From contig CAVTWJ010000014.1 in assembly GCA_963738405.1 (NCBI GenBank), positions 215,151 through 279,150 of the forward strand: 64,000 nt of DNA. Direction: 5' to 3'. Source of the DNA: a candidate division FCPU426 bacterium (lineage in GTDB: Bacteria; Oederibacteriota; Muellerivitia; Muellerivitales; Muellerivitaceae). Below the pieces are notes generated by a model. That model was not told the DNA's origin. It saw only the letters and a program-made list of their open reading frames with translations, and did no database searches. The position numbers and the translations under genes are program-made. This document shows, in pieces, positions 38,117 to 48,947 of this stretch. Each line of letters begins with the position of its first letter. Position 1 is the stretch's first letter.

Positions 38117-41100
38117 CTATTTTTTCTTCTCGTCCAGAACCTTCCGAATTTCCTGAACCAATTCTTCCGACGTAAAGGGTTTTCTGAGAAGGTGGATGCT
38201 GGGATCGATGGCTCCCTCTTCGGAAAGAATCTCGCGGGGATATCCGGACATGAACATGACTTTCATTTTGGGGCGGCTGCGGCTTAATTCCTCCGCCAAT
38301 TCGCGGCCGTTGATTTTGGGCATAACCGTATCGGTCAGGAGCAGGTCGATCTTTTCTTTGTAATTCCAGCTGGTCTTGATGGCTTCCACCCCGTTTTCCG
38401 CCTCCAACACCTTATATCGGTATTTTTTCAGGGTTCGAACCACGATCTTTCGCACCGCGGCATCATCCTCCGCCACGAGAATGGTTTCGTTTCCTTCGGG
38501 AATCAGGGCCGCCTGCTGGGACCTTTGGTTCTTTTTCGCCTCCTCTTCCCGAACGGGGAAATAGAGCGAAAAAACCGATCCCTTTCCAGGAGCACTTTGA
38601 AGCTCGATATGCCCCTTCCATTGCTGGAGGATGGCATACACCGTGGAAAGGCCCAGTCCCGTTCCCTTGGCACCCTTGGTGGTAAAGAAGGGTTCAAAGA
38701 TCTTTTTTTGAATCTCCGGATTCATCCCGATCCCGGTATCCGAGATGGAAAGTTTCACCCATGCGCCGGTTTGGGACGGGGAACCTTCCACCGGGCCTGT
38801 TTCGTTGCGGGTCTGGATCCGGAGGCTGCCCCCCTTGGGCATGGCGTCCCTGGCGTTCAAGACCAGGTTCAGGATGACCTGCTGGATTTGGGCCGGGTCC
38901 GCGTAGGTCCATTTCAGGTCCGGGTCCAAATCAATCCCCAGTTCGATGGAAGGATCGATCAGGCGCTTGAGCATCCGGTTCATTTCTTGGCAATGATCGT
39001 TGAGTTGAACCGCCTTCGCTTGAGTCACCTGTTTTTGGCCCAAGAGAAGCATTTGGCGGGTCAAATCCGCCCCGCTTTTAACGGCGTTTTTAATTTCTTC
39101 GAGCTCTTCCCGGTGGGGCCCCAAGGGGGTCGGGCTTTCCAGGATAAAATCGGCGTTTCCCCCTATGACGCTCAACAAATTGTTGAAATCATGGGCCACG
39201 CCCCCCGCCAAACGGCCGATGGCTTCCATTTTTTGGGCCAGCTTCACTTGTTCTTCCTGCTGTTTAAAAGCCTCCTCGGCCCGCTTTTGTTCGGTCACGT
39301 CCATGGACAGGGTCGTCATCCCTGTAATATTTCCATTATTATCCCGGTAGGGAATGAGGGTGGCTGAAATGGTAATCACCGCTCCGTCTTTTCTCATCCG
39401 GACCAACTCGACATTCGAGAGGACCTGTCCCTGAAGAACTTTGTTTCGTAAAATTTTGAGATTTTCGATTTGATCGTCTGGGATAAGCTGTTGACTGGAT
39501 AACCCGAGTATTTCACCGGCCTTAAACCCAAATAGGTTCTCGGAGGCGTGGTTCCATTCGATGATAAAGCCGTTGATATCGGTGGTGGTAATCGCGTAGG
39601 GGCTGTTTTCAAGAATGTCCGCTAAACGGTCCTTCGCTTCCCTCGCCCTTTTGGATTCGGTGATGTCACGGATGATGACAGAAATGGCCGTGACCCTTCC
39701 CGAATCATCCTTGAAGGGGGAGGCGTTGACGGAAACATCGATCAAAGACCCGTTCTTTCGCTGCCTTACGGTTTCAAAATTGGAAACCGCCCTTCCTTGA
39801 GCCACTCCTTCCCTGAGAAATTTAACCTCCGGCTGGCGGTCTTTGGGCGTGATCAGTTCTCCCGTTTGGCCGAGAACCTCCGCCGCCGAATAACCGAACA
39901 TTTCCTCGGCGCCCTTGTTCCAATGGGTGATTTTGCCGTCAATGTCGGCCCCGATAATGGCGTCGTGGGAAAAATTGAGGATATCGGACAGCCGGTCCCG
40001 TGTTTCACGTGCGTTTTTCTGATCCGTGATGTCTTCCATCATCCCCAGGACCAGGGGTTCCCCGTGTGAGAGTCCCCTCAACATCGACACCACCAGATGG
40101 CCCCAAATCCAACGGCCGTCCTTGTGCCGATACCTTTTTTCCATTTCGTAAGACTGAAGCTCACCCCTCAACAATTTCTGAAACAATTCCATGTCCTTCG
40201 GGGCGTCCTCGGGATGGGTGATTTCGATGAAAGACCGGTCGGTTAATTCAGAGGCGGGGTATCCCATAATTTGGCAGAACTTGGGGTTGACGATCCGCAT
40301 CTTTCCCCCGACGGTGACGAGGGCCATTCCGATGGGGCTTCCCTCAAAAACGTGCCGGAAACGGGCTTCGGCTTCTCGAATGACTTTATGAACGTGGAGC
40401 TTTTCGCTGATATCCAGAGCGATGGCGGTCAGACCCACAATCTTGCCCGACGCGTCCACCGCCGGAAAGAGTTGATAATCCAAATCGATGGCGCTGCCGT
40501 CTTTTTTTTGCCGCCGGGCCTGGTAATGAAGGGGCGGCCCGCCGGAGAGAATTTCGTTTCGAAGCCGGGCCATTTCTCCCTGTTGATCCGGCGGTTCCAG
40601 GATATCCGCCTTTTGGTCCATCATCTCCTCCGCCCTAAAGCCAAAGAGCTTATCCGCGGTCCGGTTCCAGAGGGTGACCCTTCCATCCCTGTCGGTACTG
40701 ATGATGGCGACGGGCGCGTATTCGAGAAGGTTGGTAAGGCGTTTGGCGGCTTCGATCGATTTTTGTATTTCCGAAATATCTCGGGCGATGACCGACACGC
40801 GATCAATCTTCCCATCCATTTCCTGGATGGGGGAAAGGGTCAGGGAAACCGGCAAGGGCCTTCCGACCTGGGTCAAATGGGTGGTTTGAGAGGCGCGCTG
40901 GCTTTTGCCCGAGAGGACGGCCTTCAAATCTTCCTGAAACTCCGCCGCCTCGGCGGGAGCCATCAGGAGGGAAAAATGGCGTCCGGCGATTTCCTCGGCG
41001 GGATAACCGTAAATATTACGGGCGCTGGGGTTCCAACTGAGGATGGCCCCCTCCCGTGACACCGTGAAGATGGCGTCGTTAGAGGATTCCACGATCATGG

Positions 41101-41920
41101 AAAGCCTCTCGGCAGTCACCTGCGCCTTTTTACGGTCGGTGATATCCCGATAGTTGAGGATGACGGCCTGCGCGTTGAAGGCGTGGAAAAACTCGCATTT
41201 CCCGATCACCTCCAAAAGCCTCCAGGTGCCATCCTTGTGCCGGCAGCGGAATTCATCCTTCATCGCCGCCCCCGGGTGGCCCGAGGCCCACTGGAGCCTT
41301 TCCATCGCCCGGGGCATATCCTCGGGATGGACCAGCGAGAACAGGTTGAGGCTGAGGGCCTCCTCCCGGCTGTAGCCCGCGATGGACTCAATGGAGGAAC
41401 TCACATAGAGATGCCGGCCGTCCAAGGCCATGATCGTGATGCCATCGAGGGTGTTATCTAAAATCGACCGGAGCAGTTCCTCATTTTTTTGCAATGCGAC
41501 GGTCGAGCGGTGGCGTTCCAAGGTGTAGCGGATGGAACGTTCCAGCTTTGCCGGGTCTAAATGCGGAAGGCTGATAAAATCGGAAGCGCCCAGCCGGAGC
41601 GCCTCAAGGGCGGAAGCCGATTTCTCATGACGGGTCAGCAAAATCATGGGGATCCCGCGTTGTTTCAGAAGTGTTGTGTGAAGAAAATTCAGGGTTTGGT
41701 TGGGATCAAGTCCCTCCACCACCAGGCAAACTTGGAAGGAAGATTGCACGAGCGCCTTAAAGGCCTTGGTAAAATCCGCCGCGTGGCTTGTCTCAAATTC
41801 AATGCCCGAAACATTCAAGAGCATCCGTTCGATGTTCCGCGTGGTTTCATTCTCGGAACAAATGATTAACAGTTTGGTTTTCCCGTGAGTGGGGGAGATG
41901 GGTTCCTGAGAAACGTTCAT
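38117..41920 (-). CDS. Soluble hybrid histidine kinase REC-6xPAS-HisKA-HATPase-REC (CckA-like)
   Basis: AGGVAHDFNNLL, NARDAMPKGG, EPFFTTK, GTGLGL, C-terminal REC; six PAS/PAC units. Confidence 0.92.
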   Translation of the reverse strand: MNVSQEPISPTHGKTKLLIICSENETTRNIERMLLNVSGIEFETSHAADFTKAFKALVQSSFQVCLVVEGLDPNQTLNFLHTTLLKQRGIPMILLTRHEKSASALEALRLGASDFISLPHLDPAKLERSIRYTLERHRSTVALQKNEELLRSILDNTLDGITIMALDGRHLYVSSSIESIAGYSREEALSLNLFSLVHPEDMPRAMERLQWASGHPGAAMKDEFRCRHKDGTWRLLEVIGKCEFFHAFNAQAVILNYRDITDRKKAQVTAERLSMIVESSNDAIFTVSREGAILSWNPSARNIYGYPAEEIAGRHFSLLMAPAEAAEFQEDLKAVLSGKSQRASQTTHLTQVGRPLPVSLTLSPIQEMDGKIDRVSVIARDISEIQKSIEAAKRLTNLLEYAPVAIISTDRDGRVTLWNRTADKLFGFRAEEMMDQKADILEPPDQQGEMARLRNEILSGGPPLHYQARRQKKDGSAIDLDYQLFPAVDASGKIVGLTAIALDISEKLHVHKVIREAEARFRHVFEGSPIGMALVTVGGKMRIVNPKFCQIMGYPASELTDRSFIEITHPEDAPKDMELFQKLLRGELQSYEMEKRYRHKDGRWIWGHLVVSMLRGLSHGEPLVLGMMEDITDQKNARETRDRLSDILNFSHDAIIGADIDGKITHWNKGAEEMFGYSAAEVLGQTGELITPKDRQPEVKFLREGVAQGRAVSNFETVRQRKNGSLIDVSVNASPFKDDSGRVTAISVIIRDITESKRAREAKDRLADILENSPYAITTTDINGFIIEWNHASENLFGFKAGEILGLSSQQLIPDDQIENLKILRNKVLQGQVLSNVELVRMRKDGAVITISATLIPYRDNNGNITGMTTLSMDVTEQKRAEEAFKQQEEQVKLAQKMEAIGRLAGGVAHDFNNLLSVIGGNADFILESPTPLGPHREELEEIKNAVKSGADLTRQMLLLGQKQVTQAKAVQLNDHCQEMNRMLKRLIDPSIELGIDLDPDLKWTYADPAQIQQVILNLVLNARDAMPKGGSLRIQTRNETGPVEGSPSQTGAWVKLSISDTGIGMNPEIQKKIFEPFFTTKGAKGTGLGLSTVYAILQQWKGHIELQSAPGKGSVFSLYFPVREEEAKKNQRSQQAALIPEGNETILVAEDDAAVRKIVVRTLKKYRYKVLEAENGVEAIKTSWNYKEKIDLLLTDTVMPKINGRELAEELSRSRPKMKVMFMSGYPREILSEEGAIDPSIHLLRKPFTSEELVQEIRKVLDEKKK

Positions 41921-42159
41921 CCGTTATGCCTTTTCCTCCGGCGTTTCCTGTCATCCATTCCAAACGCGCCGCGGTTATTTATTCTAACATCGCCTTGAGC
42001 TTCGGCCGAAAGGGACCCTTCGGTTCCCGTTCACCCGTCCTAACGACTGGGTAAGAATTTCCCACTTTAAAAGGGGGTAGGAACGGCGTGGTATCCCGCA
42101 GGTACCTACTGGTTTTTCCATCATTCCAAACTTATGTTGGTTCGAAAAGGAGCCGCGTC

Positions 42160-43008
42160 ATGAAAAACCAAAAATTTCGTGAAATCGTAAAGGTGATCAA
42201 AGGTGTCCCCACCTCCGACGGGGCCGGGGTTAAGCTCAAACGCATCATTGGCACTCAGGAATTAAACCACTTGGACCCCTTTCTCCTGCTGGATGAATTC
42301 AAAAACGACAACCCGGATGATTACGCCGCGGGTTTTCCCGACCACCCCCACCGGGGTTTTGAAACGGTGACCTATATGATGGCCGGGGCCTTTACCCACA
42401 GGGATTCCAAGGGGCACGAGGGCCACTTAACGGCCGGTTCGGTCCAATGGATGACCGCCGGCCGAGGCCTCATTCACAGTGAAATGCCCGAGCAAACGGA
42501 CGGTTTGGCCTGGGGTTACCAGCTTTGGCTCAACCTGCCCGCCAAGTTGAAAATGATCGAACCCAAATACCAAGACCTTCCCAAGGAATCGCTGCCAGTG
42601 GTAAAAACGGACGGGATCACCGCCAAGGTTTTGGCCGGAGAGTTCAACGGTGTCAAAAGCCCGGCCCAATCCTTCATTCCTTTCACTTATCTGGATATTC
42701 ACTTGGAACCCGGGGCCCTTTTTGAACTGGAGATTCCCGAAAATCAAAATGCCTTTTTATATGTGATTGAGGGAAGCATTCAAATCAACTCCGAGAATCC
42801 GTCAGAAGTTAAAGCCGGTCATTTGGGAATTTTCGGGGAGGGCGGCGCGGTTAAAATGAAGAACACCCAAGCCCAAACCGCGCATTTTCTTTTCGCCGCG
42901 GCCCAGAAACTGAATGAGCCGGTCGTCCGGGGAGGCCCCTTCGTGATGAATACGATGGGAGAGCTGAAACAGGCCTTCCTGGATTATCAAACGGGAATGT
43001 TGGGTTGA
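42160..43008 (+). CDS. Pirin family protein
   Basis: DPFLLLD, HPHRGFETVTY, QWMTAGRGLIHSE, QLWLNLP, GPFVMNT. Confidence 0.93.
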   Translation: MKNQKFREIVKVIKGVPTSDGAGVKLKRIIGTQELNHLDPFLLLDEFKNDNPDDYAAGFPDHPHRGFETVTYMMAGAFTHRDSKGHEGHLTAGSVQWMTAGRGLIHSEMPEQTDGLAWGYQLWLNLPAKLKMIEPKYQDLPKESLPVVKTDGITAKVLAGEFNGVKSPAQSFIPFTYLDIHLEPGALFELEIPENQNAFLYVIEGSIQINSENPSEVKAGHLGIFGEGGAVKMKNTQAQTAHFLFAAAQKLNEPVVRGGPFVMNTMGELKQAFLDYQTGMLG

Positions 43009-43209
43009 ACCGTTTTCTTTTTCGCCAAAAGGTTGTTGGTTCATATGCTTGATCGTTACAACTCGGATGTTTCAACATCCATCACCAACCGCGCGATCAA
43101 AACCTTTTGTTTTCTCGGAAAATTCGGCCCAAAAATCGTTCGCCGTGGCATAATTTGTTCATCGCCTGTTGAACCGGGCTTTGAATAAATTTTTCGGATC
43201 GATATCCCC

Positions 43210-43551
43210 ATGGAACAATACCAACTCGCCGGCCATCACGTCCGAATCCTTTGGAAGGATTCCGCGGGCAAGTCCGGCAACAAAAGCGAAAACACCATTT
43301 TTCGTGGACAGGTTTCTCAAAAGGACGATTCGGGGCTTTGGCTTTGGGGAAGGTTTTTCCTGGAGAAGGTGGATACCATTTCCCTGCGGGAGCTTCCCCG
43401 CGACAAGGAAACCGAAAACAAGCTTTTTTTCGCGCCCTGGACCTCGATCGAAACCGTCCAGGTGATCTTGGAAGGCACAAGGGACCATGAGGTCCATCAG
43501 TTGATTCTTTCCCGCCGCAATGAATCACTCAAGGGAGCGGGAAGCCGTTAG
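43210..43551 (+). CDS. Hypothetical protein, possible Sm-like fold
   Basis: 113-aa ORF followed by a terminator; pattern LAGHHVRI..FRGQVSQKDDSGLWL..FFAPWTSIETVQV. Confidence 0.55.
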   Translation: MEQYQLAGHHVRILWKDSAGKSGNKSENTIFRGQVSQKDDSGLWLWGRFFLEKVDTISLRELPRDKETENKLFFAPWTSIETVQVILEGTRDHEVHQLILSRRNESLKGAGSR

Positions 43552-43573
43552 GCCCAGGCCGTTTTTCCCCTAA

Positions 43574-43612
43574 CAAAAAAGGCCCATTCCCTTAAGGGAT
43601 GGGCCTTTTTTG
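43574..43612. terminator. Bidirectional Rho-independent terminator
   Basis: CAAAAAAGGCCCAT..ATGGGCCTTTTTTG between convergent genes. Confidence 0.85.
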
Positions 43613-43640
43613 TTTGTAAATGCTCAGCTGTGTTTCGGGA

Positions 43641-44339
43641 TTAAATTTCTTCTTGCCGGTCCATCAGATCCTGCACGCTCTTGACGGTGATTTTTCCCCT
43701 CACGCTGGAAACCAACCCTTCCTTTTCCAAATTTGAAAAGGTGCGGATACAGGTTTCAACGGTGGTGCCGGTCATTTCGGCGATCTCGCGGCGGGTGAGG
43801 GGGATGGTGTTCCCGAACTCCGCCACCAAATTCACCAAAATATGAAGGATTCTCTTTTCCACGCTTTCCTGGTCGAAGGTCTGCATGTCTTTCGCCTGGC
43901 GTAATCGCCGGGAAAGCTGATGAACGATATTCTTGGAAACCTCGGGATACTTATCCAGCAGCCCCATGAACTCCCCAATGGGAAGGGCCACGACCGTGGT
44001 CTCGGTCTCGGCGACCGTGTGGCAGGGGTATTCGCCGCCGCCAAAACAGCAGCAGGTTCCGAAAAGATTGTTGGAGCCCACCATGCAGAGGGTTTGGTCG
44101 CGGCCGTTGGCGGTATGGATGACGGCCTTGACGTGGCCTTCCTTGACGAACCAGACAAATTCGGCCGGGTCGCCCTCCAGGAAAATGGATTCACCCTTGG
44201 AGTATTTTCGTTCGACCAGCTTTTTTTCGATGTCGGTTAATTGGGAGGAGGGAATATTCTTGAAGACATCCAGGGTCGAAACAAAGGAACGGCCGGCCAT
44301 GTCAGGCTTCCGTCCGGCGGGTGTTTTTGAATTCAGCAT
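43641..44339 (-). CDS. Crp/Fnr family transcriptional regulator with an internal Cys cluster
   Basis: cNMP-fold (IFLEGD, VKEGHVK), HTH LTRREIAEMTGTTVETCIR; LCMVG..GTCCCFGGGEYPCH. Confidence 0.9.
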   Translation of the reverse strand: MLNSKTPAGRKPDMAGRSFVSTLDVFKNIPSSQLTDIEKKLVERKYSKGESIFLEGDPAEFVWFVKEGHVKAVIHTANGRDQTLCMVGSNNLFGTCCCFGGGEYPCHTVAETETTVVALPIGEFMGLLDKYPEVSKNIVHQLSRRLRQAKDMQTFDQESVEKRILHILVNLVAEFGNTIPLTRREIAEMTGTTVETCIRTFSNLEKEGLVSSVRGKITVKSVQDLMDRQEEI

Positions 44340-44457
44340 TTCGCATCACTCCCCTTTTCGACTCCATTTTGAGATTGTACCGACAGCCATCGGAAAGGGC
44401 AAGGCGAACGAAGGCGAAGTAAAATGGAATTGACAATGAGTCTTATTGTTATTTTGT

Positions 44458-44471
44458 ATGATGTCAGTCAT
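44458..44471. promoter_or_regulatory. Crp/Fnr-type box ATGA-N6-TCAT
   Basis: ATGATGTCAGTCAT between the divergent regulator and pat genes. Confidence 0.55.
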
Positions 44472-44560
44472 GGTAAATAGGGCGCCTGGACAGATGATAG
44501 ACGCTGGTTCAAACAAATATTAACCCTCGTTGGACGCGATTTTGAAAGGTGGCATGCCCC

Positions 44561-47311
44561 ATGGAAGTAAAAACAACCGCTTCGGAAAAACAATTCTTAA
44601 GGGACCCAGCCCATGACTTTCTGAAATCCCAGCCCGGCCCCCTGGATGCCCTCTTAAAACCCGAAAGCGTTGCCGTCATCGGGGCCACGGACCGGGAAGG
44701 AAGCGTCGGCCGGGACATCGTGTTGAACCTCACCAAGGACTTTAAGGGAAAACTTTACGCCATCAACCCTAAACGCTCCGAGGTACTAGGTGTTAAGGCC
44801 TATCCCCGGATCCAGGATTGCCCCGAGGCTCCGGAGCTTTCCATCATCATCACACCCGCCACCACCGTACCCTGTTTGATCGGCGATTGCGTCGCCAAGG
44901 GCGTGAAGAGCTCTATCGTCATCTCGGCCGGTTTCAAGGAAAGAGGGCCCGAAGGCGCCGAGCTGGAGCGGCAGATTTTGGAAAAAATTAAAGGCACGGG
45001 TTTCCGTATCGTGGGCCCCAATTGCTTAGGGCTTATGAGCCCCCATATCGGCCTCAACGCCAGTTTCGCCACCCACATGGCCCTTCCGGGTTCGGTGGCT
45101 TTCTTGAGCCAGTCGGGCGCCTTGGGAACCGCCATCTTGGAATGGAGCATTTCCGCCAAGGTGGGCCTCAGTTCCTTCATCTCCGTCGGCTCCATGCTGG
45201 ATGTCAATTGGGGCGACATGATCAGCGCCTTGGGCAACGACCCCTATACCCGCAGCATCCTCATCTACATGGAAACCATCGGGAACGCCCAATCCTTCAT
45301 CTCGGCCGCGCGCGAAGTAGCCTTCACCAAACCCATCATTGTCTTAAAAACCGGACGCTCCGAAGTGGCCGCCAAGGCCGCCATTTCCCACACCGGTTCC
45401 CTGGCGGGCTCGGACAAGGTCTTGCGGGCCGCCTTTACCCGCTGCGGCGTCCTCTGGGTGGATCAAATCGAGGATCTTTTCTACATGGCCGAAGCCCTGG
45501 CGAAGCAGCCCCGCCCCAAGGGAAACCGCCTGACCATCGTCACCAACGCCGGCGGCCCCGGGGTCTTGGCCACCGACGCCTTGGTGGAAGGCCAGGGGAT
45601 CATGGCCGAAGTGGATGAGCCGACCCTGAAGGCCTTGAACGACTTTTTACCCCCCAGCTGGAGCCATGGAAACCCCGTGGACGTCCTGGGTGACGCCGAT
45701 CCCGACCGTTACGTCAAGTCGATGGACCTGGCCGTCAAAAACACCGGCGGCGACGCCCTCTTGGCCATCGTCACCCCCCAGTCCGTCACCCAGCCCCGCA
45801 TTCTTGCGGAGAAACTCAAGGGGTTCGGCAAGGACTGCGGCAAGCCGGTTTTGACCTGCCTGATGGGCGGGGACGAGATGAGCGAGCTTCGGGACCTCCT
45901 GGCCGATTCGGGCATTCCCTCCTTCGCCTATCCGGATACCGCCGTTCGGGTGTTCAATCACATGTGGCATTACAGTTCCAACCTGTTGCGGCTCTATGAG
46001 ACGCCCTCCGCCACGGATGAGGACCACAACGAGTCCGCCCAGAAAAACGTGGCCGCGATTTTGGCGAAGGTTCAAGCCGGAGGCCGGACACTCTTGACCG
46101 AGTTCGAGTCCAAACAGCTTTTATCCGAATACGGCATCCCCTCCACCCAGACCCTCTTGGCCAAGACCCCCGAGGAGGCCGTCAAGGCCGCCGAATCCAT
46201 TAAGTACCCGGTGGTCCTGAAACTGCATTCCGAAACCATCACCCATAAATCCGACATGGGCGGGGTGATCCTCAACCTCCACAACGTCGGGGAAGTGCAA
46301 TCGGCGTTCAATAAAATCAAAGCCTCTATCGCCGAAAAAGCCGGAGCCGAACATTTCCAGGGCGTCACCGTCCAGCCCATGGTCAAGCTGGACGGCTTCG
46401 AGCTGATTTTAGGCTGCAGCCCCGACGCCCAATTCGGCCCCGTCATCCTTTTCGGGATGGGCGGAACCTTGGTCGAGGTGTTCAAAGACAGTTCCCTCGC
46501 CCTCCCTCCCCTCACCACCACCCTGGCCCGCCGCATGATGGAAAAAACGACTATTTACAAAGCCTTCAAGGGCGTGCGGGGAAAGCCCCCGGTGGACCTG
46601 GCCTTGTTGGAAAAGGTCCTGGTTCGTTTCAGCCGGCTCGTCGTCGAACAGCCCGCCATCAAGGAAATCGACCTGAATCCCCTGGTGGCCGCGGGCAACC
46701 AGGTCATCGCGCTCGACGCCCGCGTCGTCTTGAACGATCCCAAGACGGACAAGGCCACCTGGCCCAAACCCGTGATCCGTCCCTATCCTTCCCAATACAT
46801 CACCCAATTCAAACTGAAAGACGGAACCCTTTTAACTTTGCGGCCCATCCGTCCCGAGGACGAGCCCCTGATGGTGGAGTTCCACAAGGGGCTTTCCGAC
46901 TTCAGCGTTTACATGCGCTATTTCGGCCCCGTGAAGCTGACAGAACGGACCGCCCATGACCGGTTGGTGCGCATGTGCTTTTTGGATTATTTAAAGGAGA
47001 TGGCCATCGTCGCCGATTTCCGCGACGCCAAGGGGAAGCATCACATTTTGGGGGTCGGGCGCTTGAACCAAAAGATCAACGATCTCGAGAAAGAATTCGC
47101 CATCGTGGTTTCCGACGCCTGGCAGCATCAGGGGCTGGGATACGAGCTTTTGCGGCGTCTGGTGGAAATCGGAAGGGCGGAAGGCCTGAAAAACCTGACG
47201 GGTTATATCCTCGCCGAAAACGCCGGCATGCAGACCATGTCCAAAAAACTGGGCTTCAAGCTTCGCACTTTGGACGATAAAAAAACGGTGGAAGCTTCTT
47301 ATCAGTACTAG
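44561..47311 (+). CDS. Acetate-CoA ligase-like/GNAT fusion (Pat-type protein lysine acetyltransferase)
   Basis: [44 protein letters not shown]-grasp region, C-terminal [20 protein letters not shown]. Confidence 0.9.
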   Translation: MEVKTTASEKQFLRDPAHDFLKSQPGPLDALLKPESVAVIGATDREGSVGRDIVLNLTKDFKGKLYAINPKRSEVLGVKAYPRIQDCPEAPELSIIITPATTVPCLIGDCVAKGVKSSIVISAGFKERGPEGAELERQILEKIKGTGFRIVGPNCLGLMSPHIGLNASFATHMALPGSVAFLSQSGALGTAILEWSISAKVGLSSFISVGSMLDVNWGDMISALGNDPYTRSILIYMETIGNAQSFISAAREVAFTKPIIVLKTGRSEVAAKAAISHTGSLAGSDKVLRAAFTRCGVLWVDQIEDLFYMAEALAKQPRPKGNRLTIVTNAGGPGVLATDALVEGQGIMAEVDEPTLKALNDFLPPSWSHGNPVDVLGDADPDRYVKSMDLAVKNTGGDALLAIVTPQSVTQPRILAEKLKGFGKDCGKPVLTCLMGGDEMSELRDLLADSGIPSFAYPDTAVRVFNHMWHYSSNLLRLYETPSATDEDHNESAQKNVAAILAKVQAGGRTLLTEFESKQLLSEYGIPSTQTLLAKTPEEAVKAAESIKYPVVLKLHSETITHKSDMGGVILNLHNVGEVQSAFNKIKASIAEKAGAEHFQGVTVQPMVKLDGFELILGCSPDAQFGPVILFGMGGTLVEVFKDSSLALPPLTTTLARRMMEKTTIYKAFKGVRGKPPVDLALLEKVLVRFSRLVVEQPAIKEIDLNPLVAAGNQVIALDARVVLNDPKTDKATWPKPVIRPYPSQYITQFKLKDGTLLTLRPIRPEDEPLMVEFHKGLSDFSVYMRYFGPVKLTERTAHDRLVRMCFLDYLKEMAIVADFRDAKGKHHILGVGRLNQKINDLEKEFAIVVSDAWQHQGLGYELLRRLVEIGRAEGLKNLTGYILAENAGMQTMSKKLGFKLRTLDDKKTVEASYQY

Positions 47312-47373
47312 GAGGGCCAACCTTTAGCGGGTTGGTATTCAAACGGGTTTTCAACAACGGGGTTTAAGGTGTT

Positions 47374-48732
47374 TTAAGCCCCGCCGCCCTCATTCAGAAG
47401 CGGCCACCAGGTTTCGACCTTGGTTCCCTTTTTGGGTTCGCTTTCCACGGTTACTTTTCCGCCATGCCATTGAAGAATTTCCCGCACGATGGAAAGCCCA
47501 AGGCCGGTCCCGAACTTTTCCCGGCTCTTCGCGTTAGTCGCACGGAAAAACTGCTCAAAGAGGCGTTTTTGTTGCTTGGCGGGAATTCCGATTCCGTTGT
47601 CCTCCACCGTCAACACCATCCATTCGCCCATCAGTTTGAATTCCAAAACAATAGGGCCCTTGCCGTCCTCGCTGTACTTGAGGGAATTTTTCAAAAGGTT
47701 TTCGGCCACCCGGTCAAGCGCTTCCTTATCCGCCTTCAGGCGGATTTGAGGGTCCCCGTGCAGTTGAAGGTCCAAGCCCTTCTGCCTTGCCTCGGCCTCG
47801 TGGTTTTGAACCCGCTTGAGCAGCACTTCATACACATCCACCGTTTCCTTTTTAAAGGGCATCTCTTCCACTTCGGTTTTGGACAGCCAAACCAAATCGT
47901 CGATGAGTTCCAAAAGGGCCCAAACCCTTTTCTTGGCCGTTTGAATGGCGCCTTCGGTTTTCTCGTTTTTCTTCGGGAGCGCCTGCTCGATGGCGGAAAG
48001 GTCAAAATCCATGTCGATCGCCGGGCCCTTGAGCTGAAACACCACCTGCCTGAGAAACTGGTTCTTGTAGATATCCACTTGTTTCAGGTTTTCGTTGGCC
48101 ACCGAAAGTTTCTGAGAAACTTCCTCCAGCGCCTTTTGCTTGGCCCGCAGGTCGGAAGCCAGCCGGGTCAGGAAAAACCATAATCCCGCCACGGTGAGGG
48201 AATATCCTCCCAGGATGGCCTTCAACCATAAATTCCAATCCGATGAAAAGCCGGGCCAGAGATTTTCTTGTCCGTTCAATTGCTCCCGGAACAGGTACAT
48301 GAGCCAGGGCAACAGCAGGCCCACCAGGGCGTATCCCAGGCTTTCCCATTCGGTAAAAAGTATGGTGCTGATGGCCAAGTGAAAGAGGTAGAAGAAGAAA
48401 AGGGGATTCTCGGCCCCGCCGCTGACCCCCAGCATGAAGGTCAAGACGGCCAGATCTAGGACCATCTGTAGGTGGAAAAGCCGGTGAATTTTACCGTCCA
48501 AATCTTCCCGGCCGGGCAAAACCTTCGACCATCCGCTCCATTGGATCTGGTAATAAGCGTTGGAAAGGCCCAGGACCAGGAGGCAAAACAGGAGTGTTCC
48601 CAGGGCCAAATGAAGGGGGGTCGCGGCGGCCCCGGCCGTTATAATGATCAAGCCGCCGATGACGGCCGCCCACCGTAAACGGATAAACCATCCCAGTTGT
48701 TGGAGAAAAAGTTCGGTATGTGTTTCGGTCAT
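47374..48732 (-). CDS. Membrane sensor histidine kinase-like protein lacking the H-box His
   Basis: About 5 TM helices; intact N/G1/F/G2 boxes (NSLKYS, DNGIGI, FFRA, GTGLGL); H-box position reads VVFQLKGP. Confidence 0.85.
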   Translation of the reverse strand: MTETHTELFLQQLGWFIRLRWAAVIGGLIIITAGAAATPLHLALGTLLFCLLVLGLSNAYYQIQWSGWSKVLPGREDLDGKIHRLFHLQMVLDLAVLTFMLGVSGGAENPLFFFYLFHLAISTILFTEWESLGYALVGLLLPWLMYLFREQLNGQENLWPGFSSDWNLWLKAILGGYSLTVAGLWFFLTRLASDLRAKQKALEEVSQKLSVANENLKQVDIYKNQFLRQVVFQLKGPAIDMDFDLSAIEQALPKKNEKTEGAIQTAKKRVWALLELIDDLVWLSKTEVEEMPFKKETVDVYEVLLKRVQNHEAEARQKGLDLQLHGDPQIRLKADKEALDRVAENLLKNSLKYSEDGKGPIVLEFKLMGEWMVLTVEDNGIGIPAKQQKRLFEQFFRATNAKSREKFGTGLGLSIVREILQWHGGKVTVESEPKKGTKVETWWPLLNEGGGA

Positions 48733-48807
48733 GGTTCCCCGTGGAGTTGTTTTTTTAGTCTGTCACAAGCTTTAGGGTGATATTGCGTCATAAACAGCGT
48801 GTTCGTT

Positions 48808-48821
48808 ATGACTGGTATCAT
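48808..48821. promoter_or_regulatory. Crp/Fnr-type box
   Basis: ATGACTGGTATCAT (TTATGA..TCATAA) between the kinase and VIT1 genes. Confidence 0.55.
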
Positions 48822-48947
48822 AAAAAATCGTTTCCGAGGGAAAAACAAAACCCTATTTTCAAAGAGTGGTTTTATTCAATTTCCGCTTCTTGCTCCTGTT
48901 TTGATGCTTCATTACACTTCCTCTAAATAAACCGAAGGGCGGAACCC

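Noticed and set aside
43146..43162. Sigma-54 promoter (TGGCAT...)
   Set aside because: The -12 position reads TC rather than GC
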